Part shown: positions 1 to 7,210 of the stretch, piece after piece | How the letters are laid out: each line of letters starts with the position of its first letter | Numbering within the stretch: the stretch's first letter is position 1 | Assembly (NCBI RefSeq): GCF_000012465.1 | Contig: NC_007335.2 | Span: 90,001-122,000, forward strand | Source of the DNA: Prochlorococcus marinus str. NATL2A | Lineage (GTDB): Bacteria > Cyanobacteriota > Cyanobacteriia > PCC-6307 > Cyanobiaceae | Length of the DNA: 32,000 bases | Reading direction: 5' to 3' | Notes under the pieces: generated by a model | Seen by the model: only the letters and a program-made list of their open reading frames with translations | The model's database searches: none | What the model was told of the DNA's origin: nothing | Program-made: the position numbers and the translations under genes

Positions 1-1456
1 AATCCGCTAATTGAGCTGCTCTAAGCGCATCCCAGACTCTTCCATGATCAATTATGTTTTCATCTAAACCATATGCAATATTTTGAATAATATTGCTATT
101 TAATAAGGTGATTGATTGGGGAACGTAAGAGCAACAATCTTGCCAAGCAGGCACTTCGGTATCAGTAACTGCAACTCCATCCAATAGTAAATGTCCGTCT
201 GTTGGTCTAAGAAGACATAGTAATTGATTCGCGGTAGTGGTTTTACCACTTCCAGTTTCTCCTACAAAAGCTATTCTTGATCCGATAGGAATAGTAAGGT
301 TGATACCCTTTAAGGTGTATTCGTTGCTGTTGGGATACTTATAACTCAATTTCTCAAGTTTTATGTTGTTTCTAGGCTCAATTCCTTCTTTTGTCGGAAC
401 GCCTACAGATCTTTTAGTTAGCCTAGTAGAAGGAAGTTCTATCAACTTTAGTATCTCCTCTAAATCAGGTATTGATGCTCGCATTGAAGTTAATGCTCTA
501 AATGAATCTTGTAATGGCGGAGTTAGTTTTAATGCAGCTACTGCAATTGTTGCTAAGAATGGAACTATCTCAATAAGTATTGAATCGTTTTCCCCAGTGA
601 TGTACGGGAAAAGACCAATAGCAAAAATCAAAGTGATACCAAATGGCTCTATTAATGACCTAGGTAATTCAGGTAAAACCTCAGCTTTCCACATGAAAGG
701 GAAAGAGCTTTTGCTTGCTAATTTATATCGTTTTTCAAAGTATGGTTCTGAGCTAGTAAGGTGAACATCTATAATGGTGCGCATTGATTCTGTGAGTATA
801 TTATTTGTTTCTTTTTCTAATTTGATTCTTTTACGAGAAGAATATCTTATAAAAGGGGTTACAAATGATGAAATAAATATATAAAATATTAAGAGACTTA
901 TTATTAAATAAAGAGCTATCGATTTAGCTATAAAAAGAACAGCAATACATATAAAAGTAATCACACATAACCCACTAGAAATCTGAAGGATTGGTTTGAC
1001 GAGGAATTCTGAGACTCTAGAAATGTTGATTAAAACTTTTGATGATAAATCAGATTTTTTTTTGTTTAAGAAGAATTCATATGATTGAGATAATAATTTT
1101 TTCTGAGCTAGTTCTGATAAGTCCTTCCAAACTGCTACTCGAAGTCTTTCTTGTGCTGCTTTAAGAAATAATTTCGAAAATGATGCTAGCCAATTCATGG
1201 CTATGTATATGACGACTAGACTGATAACTTTTGTTTTTGGGTCTTCAGGTATGAAATGTTGAAATGGCAAGGGAGGTTGATTTGGTTGACCTATAAAAAC
1301 AGTAAATAATCTAGAAACAATTCCAACTACAATCACATCGACTAAACCAGTGAAGGCTGCTAAAGGTATTAATTTCAACAGAGAACTTCTTCTTCTAACT
1401 GGGAGTGCCTTCAACAGGCGCATTAATAGATGATATGTTTTGCTAGTGCCGATCAT
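1..1456 (-). CDS. ABC exporter with fused N-terminal transmembrane domain and C-terminal ATPase (MsbA/type-I exporter-like); C-terminus runs off the window
   Basis: Absent from the ORF track because it is open at position 1. Hand translation of the minus strand from ATG 1456..1454 (MIGTSKTYHLLMRLLKALPVRRRSS...) stays open to position 2. The N-terminal half is hydrophobic. Walker A 'GETGSGKTT' is encoded at 236..262. The frame ends '...DENIIDHGRVWDALRAAQLAD' at the window edge. The '+' ORF 363..764 is its antisense shadow. Confidence 0.85.
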   Translation of the reverse strand, partial: MIGTSKTYHLLMRLLKALPVRRRSSLLKLIPLAAFTGLVDVIVVGIVSRLFTVFIGQPNQPPLPFQHFIPEDPKTKVISLVVIYIAMNWLASFSKLFLKAAQERLRVAVWKDLSELAQKKLLSQSYEFFLNKKKSDLSSKVLINISRVSEFLVKPILQISSGLCVITFICIAVLFIAKSIALYLIISLLIFYIFISSFVTPFIRYSSRKRIKLEKETNNILTESMRTIIDVHLTSSEPYFEKRYKLASKSSFPFMWKAEVLPELPRSLIEPFGITLIFAIGLFPYITGENDSILIEIVPFLATIAVAALKLTPPLQDSFRALTSMRASIPDLEEILKLIELPSTRLTKRSVGVPTKEGIEPRNNIKLEKLSYKYPNSNEYTLKGINLTIPIGSRIAFVGETGSGKTTTANQLLCLLRPTDGHLLLDGVAVTDTEVPAWQDCCSYVPQSITLLNSNIIQNIAYGLDENIIDHGRVWDALRAAQLAD

Positions 1457-1646
1457 GTTATAAAATTACTTACTTTTGAGAAATTATTTATGCTTACTCA
1501 GCCAGTTTCTTGGGTGTTTGGTTATGAGTTGTTTACGCCAATGCTATAAAAGTCATAAAGAAAATTATGAAACAGTATTCTTCAGAGATTATTAAATTTA
1601 TTTTAATTTGAATATTATTTAAGCTTGATTGATATTGAAATGTGGA

Positions 1647-2156
1647 TTAATATCTTTTTGTTGATAGAAAATATCCTAATAAGATTAATATAATTAATGG
1701 CATTAAATAAATAATAATCATAAAACCAGACAAAAAGATAAATAGAGTTAAAAAGATAAAAAATCCTATTAATATAATTCTCAGAAGTCTTTTGATTCGA
1801 TTGAGCCAAAAGATGCCCTTAAGTTTTTCTAGTTTGATTTCTAACTCTCTACGCCTAAAATATAACTCTTTAAGTTGTTTTTGGTGCCAATTAATTGAGT
1901 CCTCTACTTTTGTTTTGTATACATTCTTCCCAATTTGTTCTAAAAAATTATTCGACTTTGAGAATGTAGAACGTAATTTTACAATCTGTGCTTGAACTAG
2001 ACTTTTGCTAATTTCTAATATTTTTTGATCTATCTCTATAATGTTTGTTTTGATTTGATCTTGTATGGAAAAATTTTTATTTGAATTATATTGCACAATT
2101 TCATGATTACTATTTTTTTTATATTTAAAAAATTTAAAAAAGTTGGCTCTCAACAT
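1647..2156 (-). CDS. Hypothetical coiled-coil protein with C-terminal hydrophobic (about 2 TM) hairpin
   Basis: 169-aa ORF. The middle is charged and heptad-like (QKQLKELYFRRRELEIKLEKLKG). The C-terminus is hydrophobic (LLRIILIGFFIFLTLFIFLSGFMIIIYLMPLIILILLGYFL). It lies on the same strand as, and upstream of, the ABC exporter. The DNA is very AT-rich, so part of the ORF length could be chance. Confidence 0.5.
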   Translation of the reverse strand: MLRANFFKFFKYKKNSNHEIVQYNSNKNFSIQDQIKTNIIEIDQKILEISKSLVQAQIVKLRSTFSKSNNFLEQIGKNVYKTKVEDSINWHQKQLKELYFRRRELEIKLEKLKGIFWLNRIKRLLRIILIGFFIFLTLFIFLSGFMIIIYLMPLIILILLGYFLSTKRY

Positions 2157-2203
2157 TTGACTGACTATTATCTAAGATAGATTTCTATGCGAATATTATA
2201 ACC

Positions 2204-3268
2204 ATGACTTCTATAGTTTTTAATGGGAGCTACATAACAAAAAAAAATACAGGTGTTGGAGTTGTTTCTAAGGATTTACTATATTCTTTATCAGCCAACA
2301 AAATAACTACACTTATCCCAAAAGATCTAGATATAAAAGGTGATATTTATATTCCTAATAACTTATCTCCAGGTACAGGCTTGAAAAGCCATTTCAGACG
2401 ATTGTATTGGCTACAAAATTCTGTGCCAAAATTAATGAATAATTTAAATGCTGAATATTTTCTATCACCATTATTGGAAGCGCCATTATTTTCTAATATT
2501 AAATCGATTGTCTTGGCGCATGATTTAATACCAATCAGGTATCCTTCGGTATCATTTTTAACCTTATATTATTTAATATATATTCCTTTAATTTTAAAAC
2601 AATCAAAATTAATTTTATGTAATTCTGTTTCTACTGCTAATGATTTGCATAGGTTTTACAAGGTTCCTATGCATAAATTATTTCCAATAAAGTTAGGATT
2701 TAATAATAAAAAGTATTATCCAATAAAAAAAATTCGAAAAAAATTTTTTCTTATTATTGGTAGACATAATCCACATAAAAATTTACGAAGGGTTATCAAA
2801 GCGTTTGCATATTCCAAAATAAATGATTATAAGCTTATTTTTGTAGGTCCTTTTGATAAAAGGCATACACCAAGTCTTCTAAAACTAATTGACAAACATA
2901 ATATTAGACATTTGTGTGTATGGAAAGGTTGGATTGATGATGATGAAAAATTATCATTATTAAACGAATGTCACGCACTTATTATTGCGAGTCTTTGGGA
3001 AGGATTTGGCCTTCCAGCGCTTGAGGCAATGGCCTGTGGAACCCCCGTCATCGCTTCTGATAGAGGAGCGCTTCGCGAAGTTATGGGCAATTATGGTTAT
3101 TTTATTAATCCATTCAATATTCAATCAATAGCTTGTGCAATGAATGCTGTCATAAACGATAAAAAATGCTTTGAAAATGCTCTTCAAGAAGGCCCATCTA
3201 GAGCTGAGTCTTTTAATTGGTTGGATACTGCTAGAACAATAGAAAAAATTATTCAAGAAATCGATTAA
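2204..3268 (+). CDS. Glycosyltransferase, GT4 / group-1 family
   Basis: 354-aa ORF. The C-terminal motif 'SLWEGFGLPALEAMACGTPVIASDRGALREV' is the classic GT4 (E-x7-E region) signature. The N-terminal half is Rossmann-like. Confidence 0.85.
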   Translation: MTSIVFNGSYITKKNTGVGVVSKDLLYSLSANKITTLIPKDLDIKGDIYIPNNLSPGTGLKSHFRRLYWLQNSVPKLMNNLNAEYFLSPLLEAPLFSNIKSIVLAHDLIPIRYPSVSFLTLYYLIYIPLILKQSKLILCNSVSTANDLHRFYKVPMHKLFPIKLGFNNKKYYPIKKIRKKFFLIIGRHNPHKNLRRVIKAFAYSKINDYKLIFVGPFDKRHTPSLLKLIDKHNIRHLCVWKGWIDDDEKLSLLNECHALIIASLWEGFGLPALEAMACGTPVIASDRGALREVMGNYGYFINPFNIQSIACAMNAVINDKKCFENALQEGPSRAESFNWLDTARTIEKIIQEID

Positions 3269-3466
3269 ATTCTATTACCAAGCTATAAATTTATAATCTA
3301 ATTGACGTTATAAAATTATTAATCAACTAAATACATTAGATTCTTTCATTTGCGTATTATTTAGATTCCAAAAATCTTTTTCGTGATTCATTGGAATTAT
3401 TTTTTCTAATATAGTTTCACTCTTAATTTATTATTGCTATCATATTTGTCTAATTCTATTTTCAAT

Positions 3467-3637
3467 ATGCCTAGACAAAAATCTAAAAAAAAGTTAACTT
3501 CTAAAACAATTCAAGCAAATGAGGAGAAAAAGACAACACCTAGAACTGCAAAAATTGTCCTCTTTGTATTTGGTGTAGGACCTTTGATTCTTATGTGTTT
3601 ATTTTTAAGCTCAAATGGATTTTTCAACTCTCCTTGA
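3467..3637 (+). CDS. Small hypothetical protein with lysine-rich N-terminus and one C-terminal TM segment
   Basis: Internal ATG of track ORF 3434..3637 gives MPRQKSKKKLTSKTIQANEEKKTTPRTAKIVLFVFGVGPLILMCLFLSSNGFFNSP. Architecture only; no recognisable family. Confidence 0.35.
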   Translation: MPRQKSKKKLTSKTIQANEEKKTTPRTAKIVLFVFGVGPLILMCLFLSSNGFFNSP

Positions 3638-3802
3638 TAAGTTGATAAATCTTGAGATGATTCAGCATCATTATTCTTTGATTTGAAAGTTATTTCTTAA
3701 AGCTTTTTTTGTCTTCTATTTATAACATCATTTGTTGAATGATCGATATATCAACAATTTATTTTGTGTTTCCAGCTAAAATTTAATTTTATTGTACGAC
3801 TA

Positions 3803-4120
3803 ATGCAACTCTATTTGGTTGATTGCCAGTTCACTGATACTGATAATCAAATTGCTGCTTATAAGCAGTTTGTAGAATTTTGGGAAAATGGAGAGATGTC
3901 TAAACAAGACAAATTTGATGGATTTGAAATGCTTTTCCGTGTTCATGCTCCTGGAGAGGGACGTGTTGTGATTCTCTGTAATGCAAATGGTGATAAAGAA
4001 CTTTTTCAACATTTCGCCCCATGGAGAGCGCAGTTTGGTTTGGATATGGAAATTACTCCCGTTATAAGCTGTCAAAATGTTGTTGACTATCACAAGGACT
4101 TATTTGCAAAAATGTCTTAA
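3803..4120 (+). CDS. Small soluble protein, DUF3303-like (assignment tentative)
   Basis: Track ORF 3764..4120. The likely start is Met14 (MQLYLVDCQF...). The pattern '...FEMLFRVHAPGEGRVVILCNANGDKELFQHFAPWRAQFGLDMEITPVISCQNVVD' resembles the DUF3303 layout (H-x-x-G-x-G, then an 'ITPV' C-terminal strand). Confidence 0.55.
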   Translation: MQLYLVDCQFTDTDNQIAAYKQFVEFWENGEMSKQDKFDGFEMLFRVHAPGEGRVVILCNANGDKELFQHFAPWRAQFGLDMEITPVISCQNVVDYHKDLFAKMS

Positions 4121-4197
4121 ATTTATGCAAAACTCTAATTGCGGTTTAATATATAGTTTTAATTTACACATAGACGATAAAGTTTTAAATACTTTAT

Positions 4198-4374
4198 TTA
4201 TCTCTTTGAGAGAGCGTTTCCACTTGTCCAAATATTTTTGAAGCCGACTTTATCCTTTAGTAACTGAATAGGAAGGCTAATTAATACACCTAATCCGATC
4301 AAAGCAAAAGAGTCGGTTGTGAATCGAGAAATGCCCCATTCTGACGAAGCTAAAGCAAAAATAGATAGATGCAT
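4198..4374 (-). CDS. Small hypothetical membrane protein (58 aa), below the ORF-track cutoff
   Basis: Hand translation gives MHLSIFALASSEWGISRFTTDSFALIGLGVLISLPIQLLKDKVGFKNIWTSGNALSKR, with stop TAA at 4200..4198. It has one clear hydrophobic segment. Its G+C is noticeably higher than the flanking spacer. Confidence 0.35.
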   Translation of the reverse strand: MHLSIFALASSEWGISRFTTDSFALIGLGVLISLPIQLLKDKVGFKNIWTSGNALSKR

Positions 4375-4664
4375 GGAATTAATTATTTATAAAAAATATT
4401 ATCAGTCTGTGCATTATAAATTTAATTACTTATTAAAAATTATTGTATTAGAGAAGTACAAGATAAACTTGTAAATATGAATTGATTTAATAGCTTATAA
4501 AAGCTATGTCCTCTCCGCTTTTTCATAAACTCTAAAAGTTAATTTGAATTTCTTGATTTATGAATAGATAGCTTGTATTCTTTGTCCATTTCATTTTTTC
4601 TTGTTTTATTGTTGTGAATCGAAGTGTTGAAAAAATTGATTGTTGAGCTTATGCAAGAGCAATT

Positions 4665-4687
4665 AAAAAGGAGCCCTTCCAGGCTCC
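4665..4687 (-). terminator. Intrinsic terminator of ssrA
   Basis: The minus strand has GGAGCC(T)-GGAA-(G)GGCTCC, a 6-7 bp GC-rich stem with a GGAA loop (4670..4687). TTTTT follows immediately (4665..4669). Confidence 0.65.
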
Positions 4688-4735
4688 ATGGATCAATTGG
4701 GTAATAAGGATGACCTGACCCCATCTCCTAAAAGA

Positions 4736-4786
4736 TCAAGCAGCAACAGGGGCTGTTTGACGGGAGAAACTAACGATGTTGTTAGC
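4736..4786 (-). other. tmRNA tag-peptide reading frame: ANNIVSFSRQTAPVAA-stop
   Basis: GCT AAC AAC ATC GTT AGT TTC TCC CGT CAA ACA GCC CCT GTT GCT GCT TGA, read codon by codon on the minus strand. An Ala resume codon and a hydrophobic ...VAA C-terminus are typical of tmRNA tags. Confidence 0.8.
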
Positions 4787-5015
4787 AGTTATGGTTTTGC
4801 TCTGACCGAGCAGGCTTCAGTCACTCTCCTGATACCCCGTCGAAACCATTGCAGCCCCATTTATGGAGCTGAGCGGAATCGAACCGCTGTCCGAGATACT
4901 GGTGTGAATCACCTAGTCCATTAGAAAATAGACATACATATTCTGACAGATCTTTGGGAATTAATCGATTAGTGTTTGAAGAACTGCTTTATGCTTTTTT
5001 AATAACTTAAAAGTA

Positions 5016-6140
5016 ATGAAAATTGTTGCATCTATTTCACAAGGTCTTGAAAAAGAGGGTGCAAAAGAGTTGATAGAACTTGGAGCTAAATCAGTTAAAG
5101 CTTCAAGGAGGCATATATCATTTGAAGCTGATATGGCTTGTTTATACAGAATACATTTAAGAGCTCGCTTGTCCTTTCGATTTTTAAGAGAGATTGTCAC
5201 ATTCACTTGTCATGGTCCTAATGAACTTTATGACGGTGTTCAAAGGTTAATTGATTGGGAAAATTGGCTGCAGCCTAGACAAAGTTTTCGAGTAGATGTA
5301 ACTGGATTTGGAGAAAGGTTATCACATACTCATTTCACTGCTTTGCAGGTGAAAAACGCAATTATTGATTTACAAAGAGAACGATGGGGTTCTCGTTCAA
5401 GCATTGATTTGAACAATCCAGATATTTGTTTTCATTTGCATTTGTCAAATTACCAAGCTGTTTTGAGCGTTGCTGGTAGTAACTCGAGTCTTCATAAAAG
5501 AGGGTACAGACCAGCAGTTGGTATGGCTCCGATTAAGGAAACTTTGGCCGCAGGTTTAATGAGAATGACTGAGTGGGATGGAACGAAAAATTTGGTAGAT
5601 CCATTATGCGGTTCCGGAACCTTTTTGATTGAAGCTGTGAGCATGTTGCTTGGAATTGCATCTGGTATAGATAGACAATTTCTGTTTAAAAATTGGCCAG
5701 ATTTTGATATCTCTTTTTGGGATAAAGAATTAAAAATGGCAAAGAAGATAAAACCTTTAAATAAGAAGTTATCTAAAATAATTGGATGTGAAGTTGATGA
5801 AATGATTGCTCACTCTGCTAGTGAGAACGTTAGAAAAGCGGGCTTAAAAGATTATATAGAAATAATTAACTGTCCATTTCAAGAATTTCAACTACCTCCT
5901 GGTTTAGGATTTTTAATTTGTAACCCTCCTTATGGAAAAAGAATAGGAGATGAAAATGAATTACCTAATCTATATAAACAATTAGGCGGATACTGTAAGA
6001 CACAAGCTTCTGGATGGGATCTTTGGTTACTTAATGGGAATCCAAAGCTAAGCAAATATTTAGGGATGAAAGCAAGTCGACGTTTTCAAGTAAATAATGG
6101 TTCAATTGATTGCCGATGGTTGAATTATAAAATTAAATAA
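5016..6140 (+). CDS. THUMP-domain RNA (guanine-N2 / UPF0020, COG0116-type) methyltransferase
   Basis: 374 aa. The N-terminal region is THUMP-like. SAM motif I is 'LVDPLCGSGTFLIEA' and motif IV is 'ICNPPYGKRIG' (NPPY). The architecture resembles the RlmL N-terminal half or TrmN-type enzymes. Confidence 0.85.
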   Translation: MKIVASISQGLEKEGAKELIELGAKSVKASRRHISFEADMACLYRIHLRARLSFRFLREIVTFTCHGPNELYDGVQRLIDWENWLQPRQSFRVDVTGFGERLSHTHFTALQVKNAIIDLQRERWGSRSSIDLNNPDICFHLHLSNYQAVLSVAGSNSSLHKRGYRPAVGMAPIKETLAAGLMRMTEWDGTKNLVDPLCGSGTFLIEAVSMLLGIASGIDRQFLFKNWPDFDISFWDKELKMAKKIKPLNKKLSKIIGCEVDEMIAHSASENVRKAGLKDYIEIINCPFQEFQLPPGLGFLICNPPYGKRIGDENELPNLYKQLGGYCKTQASGWDLWLLNGNPKLSKYLGMKASRRFQVNNGSIDCRWLNYKIK

Positions 6141-6141
6141 T

Positions 6142-6528
6142 TTAATTTTTTCCTAAAACAGCTTTTGTAGTTTTTGCGATTCCCTCCAATGTTTCTGGAA
6201 GGTAAGGACCTTTTGCCAGATATCCTCCAATTCTTAGACTCATTCCAGCTAGTACAAGATTTAAAAATACTAAAATTAAAATTGTTGATTTGTTATCTAT
6301 CTCAAGCAAGTCTCTAAGCCAATATCCGAGAATTAATTCAGATCCAACTAGTGCAAATAACATCAATACCCCTCCAGTAGCTAAGAAAATCACACCACTT
6401 ATCAGGCGGCGTTTTTCTCTGTCCATTTCTTGCAGCGCAATGCGGACATGAAGATCCATTACTGAACTTGCCAAAGCAGTAACTCTTGCTGCAGCTCCAA
6501 TTCCTTTTTTCCGTTCTGAGTTCGCCAT
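6142..6528 (-). CDS. YqjE-like / DUF1469 ('holin-X'-type) two-TM membrane protein
   Basis: 128 aa. An amphipathic N-terminus (VMDLHVRIALQEMDREKRRL) is followed by two hydrophobic segments, the same layout as E. coli YqjE. The start overlaps the upstream gene's stop by 1 nt (TAATG at 6526..6530). Confidence 0.6.
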   Translation of the reverse strand: MANSERKKGIGAAARVTALASSVMDLHVRIALQEMDREKRRLISGVIFLATGGVLMLFALVGSELILGYWLRDLLEIDNKSTILILVFLNLVLAGMSLRIGGYLAKGPYLPETLEGIAKTTKAVLGKN

Positions 6529-6992
6529 TAATTTCTTCTGCCTCCACCAAGCAGTATGCCAAATAAAACTCCAATTCCAGCAGCAATGCCTATGGCTAAG
6601 AGGGGCCTCTTTCTTACTGGCTTCTCAATTCGTGGTCTTAGCGTACTGTTTAATTCATCGAGAATGTCTTCAAGCTGTTTTTCGAGAGGCTCCAAAGACT
6701 CTGCAAGCCCTCTAGTCGTGTCAGTTGCTGAATGAAAAATTTCTTCTAGTTGCTCTTGCACGCCAAAACTGTTTTTTCCTGAATGCAAAGAGATGACATT
6801 GATTAAATCTTCGAGACTTCCTTTAGTCGCTTCTAATGTTTGTTTAGCTAAATCTGGCCAACGCTCTTGAATTTTTGGTAATAAATTATCAAAGTGATCA
6901 TTAAACCACTGCTCTGGAGACTTTTCAGCAATAGCTTCTTCAGCTTCTACTGTATTTGATGGTGAAGTGGGAGAGGAATTCACTGATTCCAT
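6528..6992 (-). CDS. DUF883 (YqjD/ElaB-like) C-tail-anchored protein
   Basis: 154 aa. The N-terminal part is acidic and helical. The C-terminus 'RPLLAIGIAAGIGVLFGILLGGGRRN' matches the DUF883 tail-anchor signature (P-x3-A-x-G-x-A-A-G-x-G-x-L-x-G-x-LL-x-RR). Confidence 0.55.
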   Translation of the reverse strand: MESVNSSPTSPSNTVEAEEAIAEKSPEQWFNDHFDNLLPKIQERWPDLAKQTLEATKGSLEDLINVISLHSGKNSFGVQEQLEEIFHSATDTTRGLAESLEPLEKQLEDILDELNSTLRPRIEKPVRKRPLLAIGIAAGIGVLFGILLGGGRRN

Positions 6993-7210
6993 AAACCTAA
7001 AGGTTTATTAAAGAATAGAGAGATATTGCTCTAATCGAAACCCCTTAATTGAATTCAATTTTGAAAGTCGCCTAATTAAGAATTCTTTTTTTGGTGTTTT
7101 AAATGTTTGAAGTCCAAAATTTCACAAGGATATTTCGTCGTCTTTGCTTACAAATATTGCTATTCGAATACTTATAGTGCTAAACGTCATTGGTATCTCC
7201 TTATAAACCC

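Larger units (their letters stand above)
4665..4925 (-). ncRNA. ssrA: tmRNA (ssrA), circularly permuted two-piece form: acceptor piece first, then coding piece
   Basis: The minus strand reads ...GGACAGCGGTTCGATTCCGCTCAGCTCCA-TAAAT-GGGGCTGCAATGGTTTCGACGGGG... The T-arm is AGCGG/TTCGATT/CCGCT. The 3' acceptor strand CAGCTCC plus discriminator A ends at 4864. The 5' acceptor strand GGGGCTG starts at 4858. Together they form a 7-bp acceptor stem with a G3:U pair. A tag reading frame and an intrinsic terminator follow. The upstream (5') boundary near 4925 is approximate. Confidence 0.9.

Noticed and set aside
363-764. 133-aa '+' ORF in the ORF track
   Set aside because: It lies entirely antisense to the ABC exporter reading frame, whose Walker A and transmembrane-domain translation is convincing. 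The product has no recognisable features. It is a shadow ORF.
1615-1995. Track ORFs 1615..1809 (-) and 1792..1995 (+)
   Set aside because: These are alternative-frame or antisense ORFs within the 169-aa gene, in ~20% GC DNA. Their products are low-complexity I/F/L/N-rich strings. There is no independent support.
4539-4924. Track ORFs 4539..4724 (-) and 4688..4924 (+)
   Set aside because: Both overlap the tmRNA gene and its terminator. The tRNA-like acceptor/T-arm, tag frame and terminator explain the sequence fully, so the ORFs are spurious.
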